Source: an uncultured Acidobacteriota bacterium (lineage in GTDB: Bacteria > Acidobacteriota > Thermoanaerobaculia > Gp7-AA8). Taken from it: a DNA stretch of 64,000 nucleotides. Positions 47,745 to 56,567 of the stretch are shown here, one piece after another. Positions within the stretch are counted from its first letter, which is position 1, and the number at the start of each line of letters is the position of its first letter. A program made the position numbers and the translations under genes. The notes beneath the pieces are model-generated. The model was not told where the DNA came from. It worked only from the letters and a program-made list of their open reading frames with translations, and searched no databases. Where the stretch lies: the NCBI GenBank assembly GCA_963822445.1, contig CAWGHO010000001.1:1120001-1184000 (forward strand), in the 5' to 3' direction.

Positions 47745-49102
47745 CCATGCGCGCGGCGATCCTCACAATCCTCATCGCCGTTGGCCTTTCCGCCGGCGCC
47801 GCCGATGCCACGATCGACAACGATGCCGGTTGCGACCTCTCGCTCCTTCCCGCAGCGACGCTCCTTCTCCCGTATTTCGAGGTCGATCTCGCCTCCGGGC
47901 CGGGGCTGGGCGAGACCACGATCTTCACCATCACCAACGTCGCGAACATCCCCCAGGCCGCGCGCGTGACCCTGTGGACCGATCTGGGTTACCCCGTCAT
48001 CACCTTCAACATCTATCTCACCGGCTACGACGTGCAGAGCATCAATCTTTACGACTTTTTCGCGCGAGGCCGGATCGCGCCGAACGACGGGACCGGTTCC
48101 GATGTCTCTCCGGTCGGCAAGCTATCCGGCACGTCGCCAACCCGCGACTTCGACAACCCGCTGCTCGCCGAATCCACTTGCGTCGACTTCCCGGTGCAGC
48201 TGCCCCCGAATTACATCTCCCCCATCCAGCGGACATTCACCACAGGCGATGTCGACCCTCTGCCGCATGACCGGACACGGCCGGCATGCCAGAAGATCGG
48301 AGAGCCGCATGTGAACGCGATCGGTTACGCGACCATCGACGTCGTTGGCACGTGCACGTACACGTTGCCTAACGAGCCCCGCTATTTCTCCGACGAGATC
48401 CTGTTCGACAACGTCCTGACCGGCGATTACGTGCAGCTCCGGGGCAAGGACCACGTCGTCCAGGCCGGTCCGCTCGTGCACATCCGGGCCATTCCCGAGG
48501 GGGGCTCGGCGCGGTCGCGGGTGGGCGACGCCAGGTATCTCAGCCGGTTTCCGCGGACGTTCTACAGCCGTTATCAGCATCCCGAGCGCCCGCGCAGCGA
48601 TGCGCGTCAGCCGCTTCCGAGCGTCTTCGTCGCCCGTTTCCTCGGCGGCCGCCGCTCCGAACCTCAGTCCTTCCTGAAAATCTGGCGCGAAGGCCGCGAA
48701 TTCGGCACGGCTTGCAACGTCTACTCCTTGCGAAACCGGACGGCACTCACCGAGGTGATCCGCTTCGACGAGGAAGAGAATCCGTCCACCCACGCACCGT
48801 CGAACAGCCCTTATGACCAGCCCCCCAACGTCCCGTTGGCCTTCATGACCGATGTCAATCGCGGCGGCATCGTCCCGTCGTACTCGGACGAACCCAACGG
48901 CTGGATCTACGTGAACCTCGACGGTTACTACGACAACGACAACATCCCCACGCAGGGCTGGGTCATCTCGTCGATGCACTCGGGCGGATATTCGGTCGAC
49001 CTGCCCGCCACTGCCCTGGGAAATGGATGTTCAGCGCTGGTCGCACCCACCGACCACGACGGCACACCACCCATCGGACCGGCGCCGAACGTGAGGCGCT
49101 GA
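47741..49102 (+). CDS. Secreted array protein P10
   Basis: ATGA overlap; signal peptide; same family motifs. Confidence 0.9.
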   Translation: MTMRAAILTILIAVGLSAGAADATIDNDAGCDLSLLPAATLLLPYFEVDLASGPGLGETTIFTITNVANIPQAARVTLWTDLGYPVITFNIYLTGYDVQSINLYDFFARGRIAPNDGTGSDVSPVGKLSGTSPTRDFDNPLLAESTCVDFPVQLPPNYISPIQRTFTTGDVDPLPHDRTRPACQKIGEPHVNAIGYATIDVVGTCTYTLPNEPRYFSDEILFDNVLTGDYVQLRGKDHVVQAGPLVHIRAIPEGGSARSRVGDARYLSRFPRTFYSRYQHPERPRSDARQPLPSVFVARFLGGRRSEPQSFLKIWREGREFGTACNVYSLRNRTALTEVIRFDEEENPSTHAPSNSPYDQPPNVPLAFMTDVNRGGIVPSYSDEPNGWIYVNLDGYYDNDNIPTQGWVISSMHSGGYSVDLPATALGNGCSALVAPTDHDGTPPIGPAPNVRR

Positions 49103-49105
49103 GGC

Positions 49106-50446
49106 ATGCGTATCTTTGTTCTTCTTCTGCTGACCGCCGTCACGTTGTCCGCAGGTGCATCGAAGGTCAACAACGACGCCACCTGCGACATCGCCCAACT
49201 CCCTGCCGCAACGCTGTTGCTGCCGTACTTCGAAGTCGACCTCAGCTCGGGGCCGGGAGCCGGCGAGACGACGATCTTCACCATCACCAACGTCACGAAC
49301 CTCCCGCAGATCGCCCATGTCACGTTGTGGACGGATCTCGGGTATCCAGTGATCGACGTCAACATCTACCTGACCGGTTACGACGTGCAGAGCATCAATC
49401 TCTACGACCTGTTGAAGTTCGGCTGGGTCGCGGCGCCGGACGGAACGGGTTCGGACGTGTCGCCGGTTGGGAGATTGTCGGGAATCCCGGACAGGAGCGA
49501 CTTCGATAACCTGAACGCCGATGAGTCGACGTGCATCGACCTGCCCGTGCAACTGCCTCGCGTCTATGTCGACCGGATGCAGCAGGCCTTTACCACCGGC
49601 AACGCCGGTCCGGCGGGCAAGTTCCGCTCCTGCCAGAAAATCGGCAAGCCCCATCGCAACGCGGTCGGATATGTGACGATCGACGTCGTCAGCATCTGCA
49701 GCACCACGATGCCGATCGACCAGCCCTACTTCACCAGGGAGATCCTGTTCGACAACGTGCTCACCGGCGATTACGTGCAGTTCAACGGCACGACAAAGAC
49801 CGCGCAGGGCGGGCCACTCGTTCACATCCGGGCGATTCCCGAGGGAGGAACGCCTGGCTCGCGGCGCGTGCCGGAATACAAGGTCCATCTGCCCCGGACG
49901 TTCTACAGCCGCTACCAGCCTGCGTCGCAGCCCCGTTTCGACGCGCGTCAGCCTCTCCCCTCCGTGTTTGCAGCGCGATACATCTCCGATGCCGGTCAAC
50001 GGACGTTCCTGAAGATGTGGCGGGAAGGGAGCGAGGTCGGTACCGCATGCGAGGCTTACTCGCGGAACGAGCGGTACGTCGCCGATGTGGTGCGCTTCGA
50101 TGAAGAGGAAAACGCGGAAGGCGTGTTCGTCTTCATCAACGCCCAACCACATGTCGCGCTCTTTCCGTTTCTTCCGCTGACCTCGATTCACGACATCGAT
50201 GATGGCGGCGTGTTCCCCGACAGTCCCGGCGGGGACGGCGGCTGGCTCTACCTGAACATGGACTACGACAACCGCGACGACTTCGCCGGCCAGGCCTGGG
50301 TGATCTCCTCGATGCGCGCCGGCAATGGCTTCTCCGTGGACATGCCCGCAACACCTCTCGGCAACGGCTGCTCGGCGCCGGTCGACCTCTCCGAAGGCTC
50401 ATCGGGCCTCGCGACGATCGGCCCCGCGCCGAACATCCAGCCCTGA
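49106..50446 (+). CDS. Secreted array protein P11
   Basis: Signal peptide; same family motifs. Confidence 0.9.
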   Translation: MRIFVLLLLTAVTLSAGASKVNNDATCDIAQLPAATLLLPYFEVDLSSGPGAGETTIFTITNVTNLPQIAHVTLWTDLGYPVIDVNIYLTGYDVQSINLYDLLKFGWVAAPDGTGSDVSPVGRLSGIPDRSDFDNLNADESTCIDLPVQLPRVYVDRMQQAFTTGNAGPAGKFRSCQKIGKPHRNAVGYVTIDVVSICSTTMPIDQPYFTREILFDNVLTGDYVQFNGTTKTAQGGPLVHIRAIPEGGTPGSRRVPEYKVHLPRTFYSRYQPASQPRFDARQPLPSVFAARYISDAGQRTFLKMWREGSEVGTACEAYSRNERYVADVVRFDEEENAEGVFVFINAQPHVALFPFLPLTSIHDIDDGGVFPDSPGGDGGWLYLNMDYDNRDDFAGQAWVISSMRAGNGFSVDMPATPLGNGCSAPVDLSEGSSGLATIGPAPNIQP

Positions 50447-50462
50447 GAGTACGATTCGGACC

Positions 50463-50984
50463 ATGCAGTCCGACATCGAGCGTCAGGTCTTCGCCATCAC
50501 CCGTCCGGCCCCGGCGCTGATGAAGTACTACGTCATCGCCTCGCTGCTCTTCGGGCCGATGATGCCGTTCGGCCTCCTCTACTACTACTTCCGCTACCAC
50601 ACCATGCACTTCCAATTCGACGAGGAAGGCATTTCCATGCGCTGGGGGATCCTCTTCCGCCGCGAGATCAGCCTCACCTACGCGCGTATTCAGGACATTC
50701 ACCTGACCAGCAATCTCGTCGAGCGCTGGCTGCGTCTGGCGAAGATCCAGATTCAAACCGCCAGCGCCAGCGCGGCCGCGGAGATGACGCTGGAAGGGCT
50801 GCACGAGTTCGAGCTCGTCCGCGATTTTCTCTACTCGAAGATGCGCGGCGTGCGCGGCGCCGTGACCGCGCAGCCGGAAACGCAAGCGGCACAAGGATCG
50901 GATCTCGCCGCGGCCCTCCGCGAAGTGGCCAGCGAGCTTCGCGCAGTCCGCGAAGCACTTGCAGAAAAGACGGACAAGCGATGA
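50463..50984 (+). CDS. Bacterial PH domain (bPH_2/YdbS-like) membrane protein
   Basis: TM segment, then GILFRREISLTYARIQDI...ERWLRLAKIQIQTAS. Confidence 0.85.
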   Translation: MQSDIERQVFAITRPAPALMKYYVIASLLFGPMMPFGLLYYYFRYHTMHFQFDEEGISMRWGILFRREISLTYARIQDIHLTSNLVERWLRLAKIQIQTASASAAAEMTLEGLHEFELVRDFLYSKMRGVRGAVTAQPETQAAQGSDLAAALREVASELRAVREALAEKTDKR

Positions 50985-51697
50985 GCTGGCGCGATCGGCT
51001 GCTCCGCTTCATGCGCGTGCCGCACTCCCCCACACCGCCACCCGGCTCTCCGCCGCGAGTCTTTCGCGCCGCGCCGAACTATTTCAAGCTGCGCATGCTC
51101 CGCTGGGCCGGCACGCAGTTCGTCGCGATCCTCGGCCTCGTCGCGGCGATCTACTTCTTCCGCGCCCAGGTCTCGCCCCGCGTGCCGAGGTACATCGCCT
51201 GGGGCATGACCATCGGCGAGATCTTCGGCGCCGCCGTGATCCTCTTCGAGGCCACGCTGGGATGGCTGATCGTCCGCCTCGACTTCGACCTCCGCTGGTA
51301 CATGGTCTCCGACCGCGCCATCCGCATCCGTGAAGGGATCACCACCGTTCGCGAGAAAACCGTGGTCCTCGCGAACATCCAGAACATCGCCGTCCGCCAG
51401 GGCCCCCTCCAGCGCTTCCTCGGCATCGCCGACGTGGTGGTCAACACCGCTGGCGGCGGTAGCAAAGGCGGGAACGACATGGAGACGAAGAAGGGCGCCT
51501 CGGAGCCGATGCACGTTGCCTACTTCCGCGGCGTCGACAATGCCGAGGAGATTCGTGACCTGCTCCGCGAAGGGGTCCGCCGCCAACGCGACGCCGGCCT
51601 CGGCGATCCCGACGAAGTCGCCGATCGCGACTCCGATGTCGAGTCCGCCGTCGCCGACCTGCTGCGCGAGGCGCGCGCGCTGCGCTCCGTGGTGTAA
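50981..51697 (+). CDS. Bacterial PH domain (bPH_2) membrane protein
   Basis: Two TM segments; IRIREGI...ANIQNIAVRQGPLQRFLGIADVVVNTAG. Confidence 0.85.
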   Translation: MSWRDRLLRFMRVPHSPTPPPGSPPRVFRAAPNYFKLRMLRWAGTQFVAILGLVAAIYFFRAQVSPRVPRYIAWGMTIGEIFGAAVILFEATLGWLIVRLDFDLRWYMVSDRAIRIREGITTVREKTVVLANIQNIAVRQGPLQRFLGIADVVVNTAGGGSKGGNDMETKKGASEPMHVAYFRGVDNAEEIRDLLREGVRRQRDAGLGDPDEVADRDSDVESAVADLLREARALRSVV

Positions 51698-51740
51698 GAC
51701 CGACCGGGAGGCCTCCGGACATCTGAGCCTTCCTGTCAAG

Positions 51741-52985
51741 TCAGGGAGCAGCTGTGGCGAGGGTTGAGCCTCGCGTGGCTAGCTGCCGCAGATAGAGAGC
51801 TTCGTCGTAGACGGTGCGATTGTTCCAGCAGGCGTAAAGGACGCGGATCCAGCGGTAAGCGAGCGTGCGGATAGCCTCGTGGTGGCTGTGTCCGCGCAGG
51901 CGTTGCTGCTTGTAGAAGGCTCGAGCCCATACGGACTGACCGATCGACACGCGGGCGTACTCATGGAACGTCTGACGCAGGAACTTCGGACAGGCCCAGC
52001 GCATGTGCACGACCGCCGTTTTGCCGCTCCGGCGGAGAACCGGGGCGATGCCGCTTCGGGTGGCGACGTTGACGGCGCTGCCGAAGCGCTTGCGATCGGT
52101 CCCGAAGGCGGCGGCGAGCCGCGGCGCGAGCTGTTGGCCGGCGCCAGGGAAGCTCGCGAAGATCGACGCGTCCTGGTGGGCGGCGAACGCCGCGGAGATC
52201 TTCTGGTCGTACGTGGCGATGCTCGTGTTGAGGGCCCGGATCTGCGCAACCTCGCTTCCGATCAGTAGCACGGCAGCGTCAGTGGTGACCTGATCGTCGT
52301 GGAACGCGACCTCTGAACGGATCTCGGCGAGCTTCTGGTCGATCCACGCGGCCGCGTGATGATGACCCGCATAGAACCTCCGTATCGCGGACGGCCGAGC
52401 CCTTTGGATGGCCTCGAGCGTCGGCCAGCGTTCGAGGAAGTCACAGGCCTGCGCCGTAATCAACGCGCCGGCCCACCGGAGCGCCTGCGGGTAGTACGTC
52501 TTGAGCCGATCGGTCATGCGTTGGACGTGTTGCGTCCTCTGATCGACGAGCTCGCGCCGATCCTCGGTCAGAAGCCGCAGCAGACGCGTAGAAGCGTCGT
52601 CGGCGATGAACGGGCGCAGTTCGTTGCGGTGCTTACGAAGCAGGTCGAGCAAGGACGCCGCGTCGGTCGGATCGTCTTTCGATAGGCTCGGATGAAACGC
52701 CTCACGATACCGGGCTGCACTGCGTGGGTTGATCGGATACAACGTGACGAACGGATAGCCGCTGAGCGCGTCGAAGACCGCGCCGCGGGACTGCTCGATG
52801 GCCACGGCGATCGGTGCCCCGCCGAAGCGCGCCTGCAGCGCTTCGATCCATGCGCGCAGAGCCGCAGGCGTGTGCTCGATGCGCTCGTTCGTGCACGTCT
52901 GCTGCTGCTCGTCCCAAAGAGCCACCTCGTGCGATGTGTCACCCCAATCCAGCCCCACCAACGCCCCAAACTCGAACTCGCTCAT
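51741..52985 (-). CDS. IS110 family DEDD recombinase/transposase
   Basis: VGLDWG, AIEQS, KDDPTDA (DEDD); SFPGAG, SGIAPVLRRSGK (catalytic Ser domain); RBS GGAGGG before the ATG. Confidence 0.95.
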   Translation of the reverse strand: MSEFEFGALVGLDWGDTSHEVALWDEQQQTCTNERIEHTPAALRAWIEALQARFGGAPIAVAIEQSRGAVFDALSGYPFVTLYPINPRSAARYREAFHPSLSKDDPTDAASLLDLLRKHRNELRPFIADDASTRLLRLLTEDRRELVDQRTQHVQRMTDRLKTYYPQALRWAGALITAQACDFLERWPTLEAIQRARPSAIRRFYAGHHHAAAWIDQKLAEIRSEVAFHDDQVTTDAAVLLIGSEVAQIRALNTSIATYDQKISAAFAAHQDASIFASFPGAGQQLAPRLAAAFGTDRKRFGSAVNVATRSGIAPVLRRSGKTAVVHMRWACPKFLRQTFHEYARVSIGQSVWARAFYKQQRLRGHSHHEAIRTLAYRWIRVLYACWNNRTVYDEALYLRQLATRGSTLATAAP

Positions 52986-52989
52986 CACA

Positions 52990-53211
52990 CCCTCCCTTCG
53001 GTTGGCTTTGGCCGCGCGCAAGGCCTATAGTCGAGTCGTGCTCCGACAGCATCTGAGAATGCGTTTCGGGCCAAAGCACTTCGTCCCGCTCGAAAGTCCG
53101 GAGGGATTCGTCGATCCGAACACGGGCGGAATTCGTAGCGGGACGAACCCTTCTTCTCAGTATCGCGCCGCCTGAATCCGATTCTCCCGATTGCCACCCA
53201 ACGGGTACTTC
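52990..53211 (-). ncRNA. Candidate IS110 bridge RNA
   Basis: Non-coding left end upstream of the recombinase; contains CTCAGATG (core plus target flank) and CCTCCGGAC (matches target flank). Boundaries inferred. Confidence 0.55.
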
Positions 53212-53256
53212 TCTGAGGGCTGAGGGAGAAGCGGAGAGACGGCCGGACAAGCTATA

Positions 53257-53372
53257 GGCGGGCCGGCCACGGGCCGGCAGGCGCTGGTTGTGCCTTCTGC
53301 CGAGCTCGCGGTAGCTGGCGCGGATCGCGTTCACGCCAACATCAGCGCCTGCCGGCCCGTGGCCGGCCCGCC
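53257..53372. repeat. REPIN-like element with perfect 30-bp inverted arms
   Basis: ggcgggccggccacgggccggcaggcgctg (53257-53286) and its exact reverse complement (53343-53372). Confidence 0.85.
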
Positions 53373-53436
53373 GGAGGCCCCTCGTCGTTCCCTTTCCCCG
53401 GAACACGAACAGCCGCCCCCTTGTTGACCGCGCCGC

Positions 53437-55053
53437 ATGATCTCGTTCGCAAACGTCAGCAAGCAGTATGGCAAGCAGGTCCTCTTCGTCGAGGCCTCGT
53501 TCCAGCTCAACCCCGGAGAAAAAGCCGGGCTCGTCGGACCCAACGGCGCCGGCAAGTCCACCCTTTTCCGCATGATCGCCGGCGAAGAGCAGGCGGACGA
53601 CGGTCAGGTCAGCATCCCGAAGAAACTCGCCATCGGCTACTTCAAGCAGGAAGTCGACGAAATGAGCGGCCGGCCCGTCCTGGATGAGGCCATTGCCGGC
53701 AGCGGCCGGTTGGGCGATCTCCATCACGAACTGATCGAGCTCGAGCACGACATGGGCGATCCCTCGCGGCCCGATTACGACGACGTCCTCGAGCGCTTCG
53801 GCCACGTCCAGGAGGAGTACCAGCACAATGGCGGTTACGAGCTCGAAGCTCGCGCGCGCGAAGTCCTGCACGGACTCGGCTTCAGCGATGCCCAGATCGA
53901 CGGCGATGTCGGGGCGCTATCCGGCGGCTGGAAGATGCGCGTCTCCATGGCCAAGATCCTCCTCGGCAAGTTCGACGTCCTCCTCCTCGACGAGCCGACC
54001 AACCACCTCGACATCGAATCCATCGTCTGGCTGGAAGGCTTCCTCAAGTCCGTCCCCGCGACGATTCTCATGACCTCGCACGATCGCGACTTCATGAACC
54101 GCATCATCACCAAGATCATCGAGATCGACGACGGCGACATCCTCACCTACTCCGGCGACTACGACTTCTACGTCCGCGAGCGGGAGATCCGCGAGACCAA
54201 TCAGGAGGCCGCTTACTCCCGGCAGCAGGCCAAGCTCGCCAAAGAACAGCGGTTCATCGATCGCTTCAGCGCCCACGCCGCGAAAGCCGCGCAGGTGCAG
54301 AGCCGCGTGAAGATGCTCGAAAAGCAGGAACGGGTCGAGCCGCCGAAGAAGCGCAAGGTCATGAAGTTCGACTTCCGCTCGCCGCAGCGTTCCGGCGAGG
54401 ACGTGGTCACCATCAGCGGCGTGAAGAAGTCCTTCGGCCAGCGGGCGATTTACGACGGCTTCGACTTCCGCGTGCGCCGCGGCGAGCGCTGGTGCGTGAT
54501 GGGAAAGAACGGCGCCGGAAAATCGACGCTGCTGAAGATGATCTCCGGCGCGCTTCAGCCGGACGGCGGCGAAGTGAAGCTCGGGGCCAGCCTGAAGATG
54601 GGCTACTTCGCGCAGCAGTCGCTCGATCTGCTCGACGCCGAGCTCACGGTGTGGGAGCAGATGCAGAAAGATTTCCCCCTCGAATCCATCGCCGTCCTCC
54701 GCAGCCTCCTCGGCGCCTTCCAGTTCTCAGGCGACGACGTCGACAAGAAGATCCGCTCGCTGAGCGGCGGCGAGAAATCGCGCCTGGTCATGGCGCGCAT
54801 GCTCCTCGATCCGCCGAACTTCCTCGTGCTCGATGAGCCGACGAACCATCTCGATCTCGCAACGAAAGAAATGCTCGTCGAGGCGCTGAAGGAGTTCCAG
54901 GGCACGATGCTCTTCGTTTCGCACGACCGCACGTTCCTTCGCGGACTCGCGAACCGCGTGCTCGAAGTTGGAGAAACGCCGATGACTTACGGCGGGTCGT
55001 ACATCGAGTACGTCGAGAGCACCGGCCGCGAAGCGCCCGGCGTGCACGCTTGA
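53437..55053 (+). CDS. ABC-F family ATPase
   Basis: Two ABC cassettes (GPNGAGKST, LSGGW, LDEPTNHLD; GKNGAGKST, LSGGE) and no TM domain. Confidence 0.95.
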   Translation: MISFANVSKQYGKQVLFVEASFQLNPGEKAGLVGPNGAGKSTLFRMIAGEEQADDGQVSIPKKLAIGYFKQEVDEMSGRPVLDEAIAGSGRLGDLHHELIELEHDMGDPSRPDYDDVLERFGHVQEEYQHNGGYELEARAREVLHGLGFSDAQIDGDVGALSGGWKMRVSMAKILLGKFDVLLLDEPTNHLDIESIVWLEGFLKSVPATILMTSHDRDFMNRIITKIIEIDDGDILTYSGDYDFYVREREIRETNQEAAYSRQQAKLAKEQRFIDRFSAHAAKAAQVQSRVKMLEKQERVEPPKKRKVMKFDFRSPQRSGEDVVTISGVKKSFGQRAIYDGFDFRVRRGERWCVMGKNGAGKSTLLKMISGALQPDGGEVKLGASLKMGYFAQQSLDLLDAELTVWEQMQKDFPLESIAVLRSLLGAFQFSGDDVDKKIRSLSGGEKSRLVMARMLLDPPNFLVLDEPTNHLDLATKEMLVEALKEFQGTMLFVSHDRTFLRGLANRVLEVGETPMTYGGSYIEYVESTGREAPGVHA

Positions 55054-55448
55054 AATTCTCCAGCGCCGTCGGCTGCGTCGCCGGACCGGCGGTAGTCGGC
55101 GCGCTCGCCGGGTCGTTCATCGCCTGGTTCTTCGACGGCGGCCCGCCGATGGCCAAAGTCGCCGCGACGTTCGCCGCGGTCTACGGCAGCGCGGCCCTGT
55201 TTATCCTGCTCACGCTGCGCATCGAGGGGGAGCTCAGCCGCTCGTTCCTCCAGAGCGCAATCATCGGTTCCGCATTCGCGCCGAGCATTCTTGGCGGGCA
55301 CGGCTTCGCGGTGGCGCCCGCGTGGTACGTCCTGCTCCTGCCGCATCACGCCTCGTTCGCCCTCGGATGTATGGCCGTCACGTCGCTCTTCGCCTTCCCG
55401 CTCTGCTACTTCGCCGCGCGAGTGATGAACCCCACCAGCCGGCTCTGA
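55050..55448 (+). CDS. Hypothetical membrane protein
   Basis: Hydrophobic 132-aa ORF with TTGA overlap to the ABC-F gene. Confidence 0.55.
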   Translation: MKFSSAVGCVAGPAVVGALAGSFIAWFFDGGPPMAKVAATFAAVYGSAALFILLTLRIEGELSRSFLQSAIIGSAFAPSILGGHGFAVAPAWYVLLLPHHASFALGCMAVTSLFAFPLCYFAARVMNPTSRL

Positions 55449-55449
55449 T

Positions 55450-56502
55450 TTATCGCGCGAACATCGTCGCGAAAAACGGCAGGATGTGGCTGCGAAGGCG
55501 CTCCGGGATCCTCTCGCGGTGATCGCCGTCGTACACATCGAGTCGATGCGGGATGCGCAGGCGCGCCAGCTCGCGTGAGAACGCCGGCGTCGACGTGATG
55601 ATGTGGGCGAACTGGTCCGACGTACCGTAGTCGATCGCGATTCCGCGCAGGCGCAGCAGATTCGCGCGATGCGCGGCGACCTGCGCCATCGGCAGGCTCG
55701 CGCGCCACAGCTCATACGTCGCGTCATCGGGCAGCAGCTCGCCACGCACGAAACGAATGGGCAGGTCGACGAAGAACGGCGGCTTCCCGGGATTCGGGGA
55801 GATGGACGAGGCGAGGGCGTAAATCGCGACGGGATAGAAGTCGTACTCCTCGAGCGCTTTGACCAGGTCCGCTTCGGTCTTGAACTGAGTCGCTCTCTTC
55901 CAGGACGTGTTGCCGTGACCGATGTCGTCGGTCAGGTCCAGACAGCAGGGGCTCATCGCGTACACGGAGCCGAAGACGTCGGGATGGCGCATGGCCAGGC
56001 GAAGCGCGCCGAAGCCACCCATCGAATGACCGGCCACTCCTCGCGACGCCGGATTCGCGATCGTGCGGAAGTCGCGGTCGATCATCGGGACCAGCTCGCG
56101 CAGCAGATACGTCTCCCACTTTCCGCTCACCGGCGAATCGAGATAGAAGCCGCCGCCGAGGCGGTTCGAGCCGTTGGGCATGACCACGATGTATCGCGTC
56201 GCGCCGGCGCGGATCATCTCGTCCATCGCCGCTTTGATGTTCCAGTGCTTCGTCCAGTCGGTGAAGCCGCCGAAGATGCCGTGCAGGAGGTAGAGCACGG
56301 GATAGCGCGTCGTCGCCGCTTCGCTGTACCCCGGCGGCAGGTACACCGCCACTTCCTGCGCGCTCGGCTCTTTCAACAGATTGCCTTCCAGCGCGGCGGA
56401 GTTGATCTTCAGGTAACGGATCGTGCCTTCCGATTGCGCGGCGGCGGAAAGGCCGGCAAGACAGAGAACCAACGTCGCGACGAGCAGACGTAACCGTTGC
56501 AT
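55450..56502 (-). CDS. Secreted esterase (alpha/beta hydrolase, PF00756-like)
   Basis: VYLPPGY, YPVLYLLHG, GHSMGG, YDGDH; RBS AAGGAG; signal peptide. Confidence 0.9.
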   Translation of the reverse strand: MQRLRLLVATLVLCLAGLSAAAQSEGTIRYLKINSAALEGNLLKEPSAQEVAVYLPPGYSEAATTRYPVLYLLHGIFGGFTDWTKHWNIKAAMDEMIRAGATRYIVVMPNGSNRLGGGFYLDSPVSGKWETYLLRELVPMIDRDFRTIANPASRGVAGHSMGGFGALRLAMRHPDVFGSVYAMSPCCLDLTDDIGHGNTSWKRATQFKTEADLVKALEEYDFYPVAIYALASSISPNPGKPPFFVDLPIRFVRGELLPDDATYELWRASLPMAQVAAHRANLLRLRGIAIDYGTSDQFAHIITSTPAFSRELARLRIPHRLDVYDGDHRERIPERLRSHILPFFATMFAR

Positions 56503-56567
56503 GGAATCTCCTTTTGCAGGTTTGTACGTGCCCGACGCGTCGCGAGTTGCGGATAATCGCCCTTGCG

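Larger units (their letters stand above)
51722..53217 (-). mobile_element. IS110-family insertion sequence bounded by a repeated core (TCTGAG on + strand)
   Basis: tctgag at 51722-51727 and 53212-53217; no terminal inverted repeats; TTGACA just inside the right end; about 230-bp non-coding left end. Confidence 0.8.

Noticed and set aside
32221-50446. Diversity-generating retroelement as the source of loop variation
   Set aside because: No reverse transcriptase or non-coding template repeat in the window; loop differences include indels and all four bases, not adenine-specific changes.
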